DNA of 64,000 bases from a bacterium (GTDB taxonomy: Bacteria > UBA8248): NCBI GenBank assembly GCA_965199855.1, contig OZ241326.1:1056001-1120000 (forward strand), given 5' to 3'. Below the pieces are notes generated by a model. It saw only the letters and a program-made list of their open reading frames with translations, was not told the DNA's origin and did no database searches. Shown here piece by piece: positions 38,505 through 49,070 of this stretch. Position numbers and translations under genes: made by a program. The stretch's first letter is position 1; every line of letters starts with the position of its first letter.

Positions 38505-39715
38505 GCGAACGCGACTTCATACGGCCCGTCGAGGGCGGCGTCTGCGCGGCGGCGGGCGTGCGCGCCGCGGCCGTCGCCGCGGGCATCAAGGCGTCCGGCA
38601 GGCCCGACATGACGCTGCTCGCCTTCGACCCCCCGGCCGAGGCCGCCGGCGTCTATACCCGAAACAGGATATGCGCAGCCCCCGTCGCCCTGTGCCGCGA
38701 GCGCGTCGGCAGGGCGCCCCTGCGCGCGCTTCTCGTCAACAGCGGCAACGCGAACGCCTGCACGGGCGAGCAGGGCTACACAGACGCCGCGCGCCTTTGC
38801 GCCGAGGTGGCCCGCGCCCTCGACTGCCCGGAGGCGCAGGTCGCCATGTCCTCGACGGGACTCATCGGCGCGCCGCTCCCGATGGATCGGATGATCGCCC
38901 GAATCGGGGAGCTCGCCGCCGGCCTTTCCGCGGAAAACGGCCGCGCGGCGGCGGAGGGCATTATGACGACCGACACGCGGCCCAAGGAGTTCGCCGCGCG
39001 GGTGAGCGCCTCGGCCGGCGACTTCGCCATCGGCGGCATGGCCAAGGGCGCGGGGATGATCGCCCCGGACATGGCGACCATGCTCGCCTACGTCGTCACC
39101 GACGCCGCCCTCCCCCGGGCCGATTTGCGGGCGCTCCTGGCCGCCGCCGCGGACAAAACCTTCAACTGCGTGACGATAGACGGCGACACCTCCACGAACG
39201 ACACGGCGATTCTGGCGGCGACGGGCGCGTCCGGCGCGGCGGTGGAGTCGGCCGAGGACATGGAGCGGTTCGAGGCGGGGCTGCATCGGGTGTGCAGGGA
39301 GCTCGCCCTGGCCATCGCGCGCGACGGCGAGGGGGTGAACAAGGTGGTGGAGGTGCGGGTCGCCGGCGCCGCCAGCGAGGGGCAGGCGCGCCTGGCGGCG
39401 AAGGCGGTTTCGGAGAGCCTGCTGGTGAAGACGGCGATTCACGGCGAGATGCCCAACTGGGGGCGGGTGTTCGCGGCGGTCGGCCGCAGCGGCGCGGACC
39501 TCGCGCCGGAGAGGATGTCGCTCAGAATCGGGGACGTGGAGGTGATGCGCGGCGGCGCGCCCGTCCCGGGCTGGGCGGACGCCCTGCCCCCCGTGCTCGC
39601 GCGCTCCGAATACGGCCTCGAGCTCGGGCTGGGCGCCGGGGAGGCGGAGGCCGTTTTCTGGACGACGGACCTGAGCGCGGAATACGTCCGCTTCAACGCG
39701 GACTACAAGACCTGA
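38501..39715 (+). CDS. argJ: Ornithine acetyltransferase ArgJ
   Basis: NSGNANACTG, IMTTDT, KGAGMIAPDMATML, DGDTSTND. Confidence 0.97.
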   Translation: MSERDFIRPVEGGVCAAAGVRAAAVAAGIKASGRPDMTLLAFDPPAEAAGVYTRNRICAAPVALCRERVGRAPLRALLVNSGNANACTGEQGYTDAARLCAEVARALDCPEAQVAMSSTGLIGAPLPMDRMIARIGELAAGLSAENGRAAAEGIMTTDTRPKEFAARVSASAGDFAIGGMAKGAGMIAPDMATMLAYVVTDAALPRADLRALLAAAADKTFNCVTIDGDTSTNDTAILAATGASGAAVESAEDMERFEAGLHRVCRELALAIARDGEGVNKVVEVRVAGAASEGQARLAAKAVSESLLVKTAIHGEMPNWGRVFAAVGRSGADLAPERMSLRIGDVEVMRGGAPVPGWADALPPVLARSEYGLELGLGAGEAEAVFWTTDLSAEYVRFNADYKT

Positions 39716-39896
39716 AGCCTCCCTGCGGACGGCTTGAATCCTCCCCGCTCCTGTGAGACATTCGCCTCGCCGGGCGGCGGCGGAGCCGCGCGGCGCGAGA
39801 CTCGTCCGAAATCAAATCGCTGAAAATTCGGCCTCCTCCGCCGGGAGGCCGGCAGGGCCCCGCCTCGATGAAAGGCGGGGCGAAAGGAGCGTCCCC

Positions 39897-40694
39897 GTGA
39901 CCCCGATTACGCTGCGCGAGCTGCTGGAGGCCGGCGCCCACTTCGGGCACCAGACCACCCGATGGAACCCCAAGATGCGCCCCTACATCTTCGGCGCGCG
40001 AAAGGGCATCTACATCATCGACCTGCAGAAGACCCTCAAACTGTTCAACGCCGCGCGCGAGGCGGCGCGCGACATCGCGGCGAAGGGCGGCAAGATCCTC
40101 TTCGTGGGGACGAAGCAGCAGGCCCAGGAGATCGTGAGGGAGGAGGCGGGCGGGATCGGGATGCCCTACGTCACCCAGCGCTGGCTCGGCGGCACGCTCA
40201 CGAACTTCGCCACGATAAAGAACTCCATCGCGCGCCTCGTCGATCTCGAGACGATGAAGAACGACGGCACCTTCGCGCTTCTGGCGAAGAAGGAGGCGGT
40301 CAGGCGCGAGAAGGCCATGGCGCGGCTGGACAAGTTTCTGGGCGGCATCAAGCGCATGGAGAAGCTGCCCCAGGCGATGTTCGTCATCGACACGGCGCAT
40401 GAATACAACGCCATCCGCGAGGCCAGAAAGCTGGGCCTTCCCATCATCGCGGTGGTGGACACGAACTCGGACCCCGACGGGGTGGACCACGTCCTGCCGG
40501 GCAACGACGACGCCCTGCGCTCGATTCGCTTCTTCGTCTCCCGCATGGCGGAGGCCGTCGCCGAGGGCCTCGCCCTGCGCAGGGAGACGGGCGCCGAGGA
40601 CGTGGAGGCCGTCGTGGCCTCGGGCGACGCGGTGGCGGCGGAGATGATGGCGGCCGCCGCGGCCGGGGGGAGCGCCGGGGAGGCGAAGAAGTAG
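39897..40694 (+). CDS. rpsB: 30S ribosomal protein S2
   Basis: [31 protein letters not shown]. Confidence 0.98.
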   Translation: MTPITLRELLEAGAHFGHQTTRWNPKMRPYIFGARKGIYIIDLQKTLKLFNAAREAARDIAAKGGKILFVGTKQQAQEIVREEAGGIGMPYVTQRWLGGTLTNFATIKNSIARLVDLETMKNDGTFALLAKKEAVRREKAMARLDKFLGGIKRMEKLPQAMFVIDTAHEYNAIREARKLGLPIIAVVDTNSDPDGVDHVLPGNDDALRSIRFFVSRMAEAVAEGLALRRETGAEDVEAVVASGDAVAAEMMAAAAAGGSAGEAKK

Positions 40695-40743
40695 CCGTTC
40701 GTTTCGGGCGCGGCCCGGATTTTCACGAGGAGAGGCTCAGGGA

Positions 40744-41613
40744 ATGGAAGTGACGGCCCAGATGGTCAAGGAGCTGAGAACCCGCACCGGCGCCGGCGTC
40801 ATGGACTGCAAGGAGGCGCTCCGGGAGAACGCGGGCGATTTCGAGGAGGCGGCGCGCTATCTGAGGGAAAAGGGGCTTTCCAGCGCGGCGAAGAAGGCGG
40901 GGCGCGCCGCGAGCGAGGGCCAGGTGTTCGCCTCCCTCGGGGAGGACGGACGCACGGGCGCCATCGTCGAGGTGAACTGCGAGACCGACTTCGTGGCGCG
41001 CACGGAGGACTTCCAGGCGCTCCTGGAGGCCGCCGCGCGCCGCGTGAAGGAGCAGGGCGGGGAGGGCTTGGCCGAGGCGCTCCGGGAGAAGGCGACGGAG
41101 GCCGTCGCCCGGCTGGGCGAGAACATCGTCATCGCGCGCGGGGAGCGCCTCGCGCTGGGCGAGGGCGAGGCGGGCCGGGTGGCCTCCTATATCCACCCGG
41201 GCGGGCGGGTCGGCGTCCTGCTCGCCTTGAGGTGCGAGACGCCGGCGAGGGCCGGCGAGGCCGCCTTCGCCGAAGCCGCGCGCGATCTGACGATGCACAT
41301 CGCGGCGAGCGCCCCCCGGTATCTCTCCGAGGAGGAGATACCCGAGGCGGTTCTCCGGAGCGAGCGCGAGATTCTGCTCGCCCAGCAGAGGGATTCGGGA
41401 AAGCCCGACAGCATTCTGGAGAAAATCGTCGAAGGGCGCATCAAGAAATACAAGAAGGAGATTTGCCTGCTCGATCAGCCGTTCGTCAAGGACGCCGATC
41501 AGACGGTGCGGGCGTATATGAAGGCCAGGGGCGAGGAGATGGGCGAGGAGATTCGGGTTTCCTCTTGGGCGCGCTTCCAGCTCGGCGAGGCCGCCGCGCC
41601 GGAGGAGGGGTAG
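40744..41613 (+). CDS. tsf: Elongation factor Ts
   Basis: [26 protein letters not shown]. Confidence 0.97.
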   Translation: MEVTAQMVKELRTRTGAGVMDCKEALRENAGDFEEAARYLREKGLSSAAKKAGRAASEGQVFASLGEDGRTGAIVEVNCETDFVARTEDFQALLEAAARRVKEQGGEGLAEALREKATEAVARLGENIVIARGERLALGEGEAGRVASYIHPGGRVGVLLALRCETPARAGEAAFAEAARDLTMHIAASAPRYLSEEEIPEAVLRSEREILLAQQRDSGKPDSILEKIVEGRIKKYKKEICLLDQPFVKDADQTVRAYMKARGEEMGEEIRVSSWARFQLGEAAAPEEG

Positions 41614-41674
41614 TCCCCCGCCGGGGCGCCTGCTCCCCGCCTTCCTCGACGTTCCGAAGCTTCCGGGGGTGCGC

Positions 41675-42451
41675 ATGAGAGGCGGCCTGCGATTCGGGAG
41701 GATTCTGCTCAAGCTCTCGGGCGAGGCGCTGGGAGGCGAACTCAGGCACGGCATCGATCACGCCGTCGTGGACGACATCGCGCAGGAAATCCGCGAGATT
41801 CACGAGATGGGGGTCGAGGTCGCCGTCGTCGTGGGCGGCGGGAACATCTTTCGGGGCGCGGCGGCGGCCGCCGCCGGCATGGAGCGAACCAACGCCGACT
41901 ACATGGGGATGCTCGGCACCGTCATCAACGCGCTCGCGCTTCAGCACGCGCTCGAGAAGGCGAGCCTCGCCACCCGCGTCCAGAGCGCCGTCCACATGGC
42001 CGAGCTGTGCGAGCCCTACATCCGGCGGCGCGCGGTGCGCCACATGGAGAAGAGCCGGGTGGTCATCTTCGCCGGCGGCACCGGAAACCCCTACTTCACG
42101 ACCGACACCACCGCGAGCCTCCGGGCGATCGAGGTGGGCGCCGAGTGCATCCTCAAGGCCACGAACGTGGACGGCGTCTTCTCCGCCGACCCCAACGAGG
42201 ACGACACGGCGAGGTTCATCGACGAGCTGACCTACATCGAGGTGCTCAACCGCCAGCTCGCCGTCATGGACACCACCGCCGTCAGCCTGTGCATGGACAA
42301 CGATCTGCCCATCATCGTCTTCAACCTCCTCAAGCCCGGCAACATCCGCCGCGTCGTGGAGGGGGAGCAGGTGGGGACGCTGGTGCGCGCCTCCCGGGCG
42401 GGCGCGCTCCGCCGGGCGGCGCCGGCGCCCCGGCGGGGGAGGGCGGGATGA
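41675..42451 (+). CDS. pyrH: UMP kinase
   Basis: [27 protein letters not shown]. Confidence 0.97.
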   Translation: MRGGLRFGRILLKLSGEALGGELRHGIDHAVVDDIAQEIREIHEMGVEVAVVVGGGNIFRGAAAAAAGMERTNADYMGMLGTVINALALQHALEKASLATRVQSAVHMAELCEPYIRRRAVRHMEKSRVVIFAGGTGNPYFTTDTTASLRAIEVGAECILKATNVDGVFSADPNEDDTARFIDELTYIEVLNRQLAVMDTTAVSLCMDNDLPIIVFNLLKPGNIRRVVEGEQVGTLVRASRAGALRRAAPAPRRGRAG

Positions 42452-42485
42452 GCGCCCCCGGACTTCCGGCGAAGGGAGACGGGCT

Positions 42486-43040
42486 ATGGACGAGGTGATC
42501 GCCGCGCTGAAGAAGAAGATGCAGTCCACCCTGGAGTCCTACAGGTCGGAGACCGCCCGCGTGCGCACCGGGCGCGCCTCGGCGAATCTCGTCAGCGGCG
42601 TGATGGTGGAATACTACGGCGCGCCCACGCCCCTGAGCCAGCTCGCCTCCCTGAGCGTGCCCGAGCCCCGGCTCATCGTGGTCCAGCCCTTCGACCTGAA
42701 CTCGCTGGGCGACATCGAGAAGGCGATTCAGGCGGCGGAGCTGGGCCTCAACCCGGCGAACGACGGCAAGATCATCCGCGTGCCCGTGCCGCCGCTCACC
42801 GAGGAGCGGCGCAGGGAGATGGTGAAGCTGGTGAAGAGGATGGCGGAGGAGCACAGGGTCGCGCTCCGCAACGTCCGGCGCGAGGGCAACGACAGGATGA
42901 AGGAACTCGAGAAGAAAAAAGAGATCGCCGAGGACGACCTCCGCAAGGGGCAGGGCGAGGTTCAGAAGCTCACGGATCAGTTCGTCTCGGAGCTGGACGC
43001 CCTGCTCGCGGCGAAAGAGAAAGAGATTCTCGAAGTATAG
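42486..43040 (+). CDS. frr: Ribosome recycling factor
   Basis: VRTGRA, LGLNP..DG, PPLTEERR, RNVRR. Confidence 0.97.
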   Translation: MDEVIAALKKKMQSTLESYRSETARVRTGRASANLVSGVMVEYYGAPTPLSQLASLSVPEPRLIVVQPFDLNSLGDIEKAIQAAELGLNPANDGKIIRVPVPPLTEERRREMVKLVKRMAEEHRVALRNVRREGNDRMKELEKKKEIAEDDLRKGQGEVQKLTDQFVSELDALLAAKEKEILEV

Positions 43041-43058
43041 CCGTTCACGGGAGCGGAC

Positions 43059-43823
43059 ATGGAGCGTCGCATCGACCCGCGCATCGAGCTCGAACGGCTT
43101 CCCCGCCACATCGGCGTCATCATGGACGGGAACGGCCGCTGGGCGAGGCAGCGCCTTCTCCCCCGGGTCGCGGGCCACCGCGAGGGCGTGAAGGCCGTGG
43201 ACAGGGTGGTGGCCCACGCGCGGCGCATGGGGGTCGGGGCCCTCACCCTCTACAGCTTCTCGCTCGAGAACTGGAACCGGCCCCGGGACGAGGTGGACGC
43301 GCTCATGGACATTCTGGCGGACTACCTCGAGCGCGAGCTGCAGCGGATGCTCCGGGAGGGCATCCGCTTCAACACCATCGGACGCGAGGATGACCTGCCC
43401 CTGTTCGCGCAGGAGATCGTTCAGCGCGTCCGGGAGCGGACGGCGGATCAGGACGGGATGACGCTGACCCTCGCGCTGAGCTACGGGTCGCGGCGCGAGA
43501 TCACCGACGCGGCGCGCGCCGTCGCCGAGGAGGTGCGGAGGGGGATTCTCCAGCCCGAGGAGATCGACGAGCGCGACCTCGAGCGCCATCTCTACACGGC
43601 GGAGCTCCCCACGCTCGACCTGCTCATCCGCACGAGCGGCGAGCTCAGGCTTTCCAACTACCTTCTCTGGCAGGCGGCCTACGCGGAGCTGTATTTCACG
43701 GACGTCAAATGGCCGGAGTTCGGCGAGCGCGAGCTCGAAAGCGCCGTTCTCGCCTACCAGGCCCGGGTGCGGAAGTTCGGCCTCACCGAGGAGCAGTTCG
43801 CGGCCCGGAAAACCGGGCTTTGA
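43059..43823 (+). CDS. uppS: Undecaprenyl diphosphate synthase
   Basis: IMDGNGRWA, FSLENWNRP, IRTSGELRLSNYLLWQ. Confidence 0.97.
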   Translation: MERRIDPRIELERLPRHIGVIMDGNGRWARQRLLPRVAGHREGVKAVDRVVAHARRMGVGALTLYSFSLENWNRPRDEVDALMDILADYLERELQRMLREGIRFNTIGREDDLPLFAQEIVQRVRERTADQDGMTLTLALSYGSRREITDAARAVAEEVRRGILQPEEIDERDLERHLYTAELPTLDLLIRTSGELRLSNYLLWQAAYAELYFTDVKWPEFGERELESAVLAYQARVRKFGLTEEQFAARKTGL

Positions 43824-44614
43824 CCCGCCTCCTCAGCGCCCTGGCGCTCGCCGCGCCCGTTCTCGCCGTCCTGCTCCTCGCTCCTCCCGCAGCGTTTCTC
43901 TTCATGGTGGTTCCGCTCGTCTTTCGCGCGGGCTGGGAGCTTCAGAGCCTCCTCAACCTTTGCGGGGGGCGCGCCGCCGGGGCGTGGCAGGGGGCGCTGG
44001 ACGCCTCCGCCTTCGCGCTCGCCGTCTGGGCGGGCGGCTTCTGGCCGGCGCTGGTTCTGGCGGTGGTCGCGCTTCGCGCTCTCCCGGGCGCGCTTTCGGG
44101 CCGCGCCCCCGGCGGGAGTCTCGCCCTGGCGGGAGCGCCGCTTCTCGGGGCGGCGTGGGTGGGCGGCGCCGGCGGGCTCATCGCGCTTCTCAGGGACTCG
44201 CCGGGCGGCAGGGAGGCCGTCTTTTTCCTGCTCGTAGTCGTCTGGGCGAACGACATAGCGGCCATGTTCACCGGAAGGGCGATCGGGCGCAGAAAGCTCG
44301 CGCCGCGAATCAGCCCCGCGAAGACGGTGGAGGGAGCGATAGGGGGCGTCCTCGCCGGCGTTCTGGCGGGCGCCGCCGCGGCGCGCTTCATGGGCGCGCC
44401 CGGCGTAGGCCCCTGGCTGGCGGCGCTCGCGTCCGCGCTCATCGGGGCGTTCGCGCTGGCGGGAGACCTGGCCGAGTCGGCGCTCAAGCGCGCCGCCGGG
44501 CGCAAGGACGCCTCGGACATCATCCCCGGCCACGGAGGGCTGCTCGACAGAATTGATGGTTTGCTCGCGGCGGTGCCCGCGTTCTACTATTTTCTGCATT
44601 GGGCGAGGCCTTGA
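43820..44614 (+). CDS. cdsA: Phosphatidate cytidylyltransferase
   Basis: ISPAKTVEG, GDLAESALKR..KD...PGHGGLLDRID. Confidence 0.95.
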   Translation: MTRLLSALALAAPVLAVLLLAPPAAFLFMVVPLVFRAGWELQSLLNLCGGRAAGAWQGALDASAFALAVWAGGFWPALVLAVVALRALPGALSGRAPGGSLALAGAPLLGAAWVGGAGGLIALLRDSPGGREAVFFLLVVVWANDIAAMFTGRAIGRRKLAPRISPAKTVEGAIGGVLAGVLAGAAAARFMGAPGVGPWLAALASALIGAFALAGDLAESALKRAAGRKDASDIIPGHGGLLDRIDGLLAAVPAFYYFLHWARP

Positions 44615-44648
44615 GGGAACCGCTCGTTCCTCGCGCGCGGAGCGAAGC

Positions 44649-45821
44649 ATGAAGCGGCGAAAGATAGCCATACTCGGCTCCACGGGCAGCATCGGAGAAA
44701 ACGCCCTTCGCGTCGCCGCGCAGTTTCCCGAGAGAATCGAGGTGGCGGCGCTCGCCGCCGGCGCGAACTGGGAGCGCCTCGCCGAGCAGGCGAGGCGGTT
44801 CAGACCCCGGCTCGTCGCCCTGGCGGACCCGGGCGCCGCGGCGCGGGCGAGAGACGCCCTCCCTCCCGGAATCCGCGCGCTCTCGGGCGAGGAGGGGCTG
44901 CGGGAAGCCGCCGCGGGCGCGGGCGCCGACCTCGTGGTCTCCGCCCTGGTGGGCGCGGCGGGGCTTCGGCCCACGCTGGCGGCGATCGAGGCGGGCGCCT
45001 CGATCGCGCTGGCGAACAAGGAGGCGCTCGTCATGGCGGGGGCGCTCGTCACCTCGCGGGCGCGGGCGCGCGGCGCCGCGCTTCTTCCGGTGGACAGCGA
45101 GCACGCGGCCGCCGCGCAGGCGCTGGAGGGGAGACCCCGCGCCGAGGTGAAGCGCGTCGTCCTCACGGCTTCGGGCGGGCCCTTTCGGAACCACACGCCG
45201 GAGGCGATGAAGAGCGTCTCGCCCCGGGAGGCGCTGAAGCACCCGAGCTGGAAGATGGGCCCCAAAATCACCATCGATTCCGCCTCGATGATGAACAAGG
45301 GCCTCGAGATCATCGAGGCACGCTGGCTCTTCGACTTGAAGCCGGAGCAGGTGGACGTGCTGGTTCACCCGCAAAGCGTCGTGCACGCGCTGGCGGAGTT
45401 CGTGGACGGCAGCTTCGCGGCGCAGATGAGCGCGCCGGACATGCGGATTCCCATCGCGCAGGCGCTCTTCTCGCCCGAGAAGCTGCCCGTCGAGGCGCCG
45501 CGGCTCGACCTCGCCGAGGTCGGCGCGCTGACCTTCGAGGCGCCCGACCCCGGACGGTTTCCCTGCCTTCTCCACGCGCGGGAGGCGATGCGCGCGGGCG
45601 GAACGGCGCCCGCCGTCCTCAACGCGGCGAACGAGGTGGCCGTCGCCTCCTTCCTGGCGGGGGCGTCGGGGTTCATGGACATTCCGGACGTGGTGGGCGC
45701 CGCGCTGGAGGCCCACGAGAACCGGGGCGCGGAGTCGCTCGAGGCGATCCTGGAGGCGGACGGCTGGGCGCGCGCCTGCGCCGCCGCCCGGCTGAACGGG
45801 GCCGCCGCCCGGGGCCGATGA
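44649..45821 (+). CDS. dxr: 1-deoxy-D-xylulose-5-phosphate reductoisomerase
   Basis: LGSTGSIG, LANKEAL, PVDSEH, TASGGPF, WKMGPKITIDSA. Confidence 0.97.
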   Translation: MKRRKIAILGSTGSIGENALRVAAQFPERIEVAALAAGANWERLAEQARRFRPRLVALADPGAAARARDALPPGIRALSGEEGLREAAAGAGADLVVSALVGAAGLRPTLAAIEAGASIALANKEALVMAGALVTSRARARGAALLPVDSEHAAAAQALEGRPRAEVKRVVLTASGGPFRNHTPEAMKSVSPREALKHPSWKMGPKITIDSASMMNKGLEIIEARWLFDLKPEQVDVLVHPQSVVHALAEFVDGSFAAQMSAPDMRIPIAQALFSPEKLPVEAPRLDLAEVGALTFEAPDPGRFPCLLHAREAMRAGGTAPAVLNAANEVAVASFLAGASGFMDIPDVVGAALEAHENRGAESLEAILEADGWARACAAARLNGAAARGR

Positions 45822-46288
45822 ATCCTCCGCGGGCGTGCGGCGCGCCGGCGAAGTTCATCGCCACGCTGGGCGGACTGGGCGGGTTTCCCCGCGCGCCGGG
45901 CACGGCGGCGTCGCTGGCGGCCGTCGCGCTCTACGCCGCGCTCCACGCGGCGAACCGCTGGCTTCCCGTCGCGTTCCTGGCGCTCCTGGCGCCGCTCGCC
46001 GTCTGGGCGGCGGGGAAATACGCGGCGGAGGCGAGGCGGCGCGACCCCCCGGAGGTCGTCGCGGACGAGTGGGTGGGCCAGTTCGTCTGCCTCGTCGGGG
46101 TCGCTCCGGGGGCGGCGTCGCTGGCGGCGGGCTTCCTGCTGTTTCGGGCCTTCGACATCCTGAAGCCGCCGTTCGTCCGCCGTCTGGAGAGGTTGCCGGG
46201 CGGGGCGGGCGTCGTGGCGGACGACGTGGCCGCAGGCGTCATGGGGCGCGCCGCCCTGTTCGGCCTGGCGCAGCTGGGCGTGGTCTGA
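45818..46288 (+). CDS. pgpA: Phosphatidylglycerophosphatase A
   Basis: APGT, DPPEVVADE..GQ, FRAFDILKP, GVVADD. Confidence 0.92.
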   Translation: MNPPRACGAPAKFIATLGGLGGFPRAPGTAASLAAVALYAALHAANRWLPVAFLALLAPLAVWAAGKYAAEARRRDPPEVVADEWVGQFVCLVGVAPGAASLAAGFLLFRAFDILKPPFVRRLERLPGGAGVVADDVAAGVMGRAALFGLAQLGVV

Positions 46289-46307
46289 TTCCCGGGGAGG
46301 CGAGGAA

Positions 46308-46805
46308 ATGGCGGAATCCCTGGAGGAGCGGCTCGGGGCGCGCCTGCTCGCGCGGGGCTGGCGCATCGCCACGGCGGAGAGCTGCACGGGCGGGCTGATA
46401 GCCAGCCGCATCACCGACGTCTCCGGCAGCTCCGCCTGGTTCGGGCAGGGCTTCATTACCTACGGCAACGAGGCGAAAATGGCGCTTCTGGGCGTGCCCG
46501 AGGCCGTCGTGGCGCGCGAGGGCGGGCCCGGCGCGGTGAGCGAGGTCTGCGCGCGGGCGATGGCGGAGGGCGTCCGAAGGGCGGCGGGCGCCGAGGTCGG
46601 GCTTTCCGTCACAGGCATCGCCGGCCCCACGGGCGGAAGCGCGGAGAAGCCGGTGGGAACGGCGTATATGGCGCTCGCCCTGCCTTCGGGCGTCTCCTGC
46701 CGGCATCATCTGTTCCGGGGTTCGCGCCTTGCGGTGAAGGCGCAGGCGGCGGCGGCCGCCCTCGAAATGACGCTGGAAGCCCTGGCGCGCCCCGGGGAGG
46801 AGTGA
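46308..46805 (+). CDS. cinA: CinA C-terminal domain / PncC NMN deamidase
   Basis: ATAESCTGG, GSS, GAVS..A..MAEG, TGIAGP.GG..KPVG. Confidence 0.92.
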   Translation: MAESLEERLGARLLARGWRIATAESCTGGLIASRITDVSGSSAWFGQGFITYGNEAKMALLGVPEAVVAREGGPGAVSEVCARAMAEGVRRAAGAEVGLSVTGIAGPTGGSAEKPVGTAYMALALPSGVSCRHHLFRGSRLAVKAQAAAAALEMTLEALARPGEE

Positions 46806-46893
46806 CGCGCCCCGCTCCTGAGGCGCGCCGCGCCGGTCTCCCGGGCGGGCCATGCGCGCGTCCTCGCGCCGCCCCCGCGTAAGGAGGCTCCCC

Positions 46894-47469
46894 ATGCGCG
46901 CGTTCGCGGCGATTCCGTTCGGCGAGGAAGAGCGCGAAATCCTCGATTCCCTCCAGCACTCGCTCGCCGCCATGCCCGCCCTCGCCGATTTTCGCTGGGC
47001 GAGAGCCGGCGGCGTTCACCTGACGCTGCGCTTTCTGGGCGAGATAGAGGAGGCGCGGGCGGAGGCCGCCGCGGAGGCGCTGCGCCTGGCGGGGAAGGAC
47101 GCGCCCGCCTTCGAGGTTCCCCTGGAGCGCTTCGGCGTCTTTCCGCATCTCAAGCGGCCGGGCGCGCTCTGGGCGGGGCCGCAGCAGGCGCCCGCGCCTC
47201 TGGCGGCGCTCGAAGCGCGCCTCTCGCGTCATCTGGCGGAGGCGGGGTTTCCCGCGGAGGATCGCCCCTTTCGCCCGCACATGACGCTGGCGCGCCGCCG
47301 CTCGCGGGATCGCCCGCCCGCGGGCCTCGAGGGCGAGCTGGAAGTCGCCGAGCGGCGCTGGCTCTCGCCGCCTCCCCTCCTGCGCGCGCGCGAGGCCGTC
47401 CTTCTCCGGAGCGAGCTGGGCCCCGGCGGCGCGGTTCATACCACCCTGGCGAAGGTCGCGCTGGGGTGA
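46894..47469 (+). CDS. thpR: RNA 2',3'-cyclic phosphodiesterase (2H family)
   Basis: HLTLRFLG and PHMTLAR 2H motifs; pgpA-cinA-thpR-recA synteny. Confidence 0.93.
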   Translation: MRAFAAIPFGEEEREILDSLQHSLAAMPALADFRWARAGGVHLTLRFLGEIEEARAEAAAEALRLAGKDAPAFEVPLERFGVFPHLKRPGALWAGPQQAPAPLAALEARLSRHLAEAGFPAEDRPFRPHMTLARRRSRDRPPAGLEGELEVAERRWLSPPPLLRAREAVLLRSELGPGGAVHTTLAKVALG

Positions 47470-47691
47470 GGGGACTCCCGGCGCGGGCGATTCGCTCGTC
47501 TCGCTGCGTCCGTCCAGGCGGCCAGGGCATGGAAAATCGCACGCACGCCGGGAGTTTCCTGAATGCCGGACGAAAGAGAAAAACGAGGCTCTGCCCGGAA
47601 TGCTTCAAGAGATGAATCTCCGCCTGCGAGATGCTTTGTCCCTCCGCTCCGTGAAAAAATGCTTTTTCACCCGAATTTTCGCTTTTTATAC

Positions 47692-47721
47692 TTGATTCGC
47701 GTCCTCGTTTTCGCGTATATT
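47692..47721 (+). promoter_or_regulatory. Putative recA promoter
   Basis: TTGATT-N18-TATATT in an AT-rich patch. Confidence 0.4.
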
Positions 47722-47914
47722 TGGCGAAAATCAGACGCCGCCCCGGGTTGCGGGAAGCGGTCGGCATGGAGAGGGAAGCCCGCGCCGCGCGAATTCTCCG
47801 GGCGCGAGGGCGCATAAGGGCGCTTTCGCGTTGCGCGGAGAGGGCGAATCCCCTACATTCATGCCGTCCCCGCCCGGCGCGCCGCCGCGTTCCTCCGTCC
47901 AAGGGAGTTTTTCG

Positions 47915-49030
47915 ATGAACCTCAAGAACGGTTCCCCCGCCTTCAAATCCGAGAACCCGCAGGAGCGCGAGCGCCGCGACAAGGCGCTCGACATGGCCTT
48001 CAACCAGATCAACCGCCAGTTCGGCAAGGGCTCCATCATGCGCCTGGGCGAGGGGCCGGGCGTGGAGGCGATTCAGTCCATCTCGACGGGGGCGGTCTCG
48101 CTCGACGCCGCCCTGGGCTGCGGGGGGGTGCCGCGCGGGCGCATCGTGGAGATATTCGGCCCCGAATCCTCGGGCAAGACGACCATCGCCCTGCAAATCA
48201 TCGCGGAGGCGCAGTGCCGGGGCGGCATGGCCGCCTTCGTGGACGCGGAGCACGCCCTCGACCCGCTCTACGCCAAGGCGCTGGGCGTCAAGACGGACAG
48301 CCTCATCCTCTCCCAGCCCGACACGGGCGAGCAGGCTTTGGAGATCGCCGAGATTCTCACGAGCAGCGGCTCGCTCGACGTGGTCGTCATCGACTCCGTG
48401 GCCGCCCTCGTGCCGAAGGCGGAGCTGGAGGGCGACATGGGGGATCACCACGTGGGGCTTCAGGCGCGGCTCATGAGCCAGGCGCTCCGCAAGCTCACCG
48501 GCGTGGTGCACAGAAGCCACACCTGCTTCATCTTCATCAACCAGATTCGCATGAAGATCGGCGTCATGTTCGGAAACCCCGAGACCACCTCGGGCGGAAA
48601 CGCGCTCAAGTTCTACTCCTCGGTGCGCATGGACATCCGGCGGATCGCCGCCATCAAGGAGGGCGACAGCAACGTGGGCAACAGGACGCGGGTGCGCGTG
48701 GTGAAGAACAAGCTCGCCCCCCCGTTCCGAACGGCGGAGTTCGACATCATGTTCGGGCGGGGCGTCTCGAAGGAGGGCGACGTGCTCGATCTGGCCGTCG
48801 AGCGCGGCGTCGTCGGCAAGACCGGCGCGTGGTATTCCTTCAATGAGGAGCGCATCGGCCAGGGGCGCGAGAACGTGAAGCGGTTTCTGGGCGAGAACCC
48901 GGACGTGTTCGCCGAGATCGAAAGGCGGGTGCGGGGCGCGCTCGGCATCGGCGGGCCGGAAGCGGCCGCCGCGCCGGAGACCCCCGCCCCGCGCGCCGGG
49001 GAGCCTCCCCGGGCGGCTGCGCCCAGGTGA
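47915..49030 (+). CDS. recA: Recombinase RecA
   Basis: [41 protein letters not shown]. Confidence 0.99.
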   Translation: MNLKNGSPAFKSENPQERERRDKALDMAFNQINRQFGKGSIMRLGEGPGVEAIQSISTGAVSLDAALGCGGVPRGRIVEIFGPESSGKTTIALQIIAEAQCRGGMAAFVDAEHALDPLYAKALGVKTDSLILSQPDTGEQALEIAEILTSSGSLDVVVIDSVAALVPKAELEGDMGDHHVGLQARLMSQALRKLTGVVHRSHTCFIFINQIRMKIGVMFGNPETTSGGNALKFYSSVRMDIRRIAAIKEGDSNVGNRTRVRVVKNKLAPPFRTAEFDIMFGRGVSKEGDVLDLAVERGVVGKTGAWYSFNEERIGQGRENVKRFLGENPDVFAEIERRVRGALGIGGPEAAAAPETPAPRAGEPPRAAAPR

Positions 49031-49070
49031 GGAAGCCCGCCTCGAAGCGGCCGAGAGAAGGAGAGGCGTC

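Noticed and set aside
47470-47914. Small ORFs or a LexA box upstream of recA
   Set aside because: No convincing ORF or SOS box that I recognise; only a promoter-like patch and one inverted repeat
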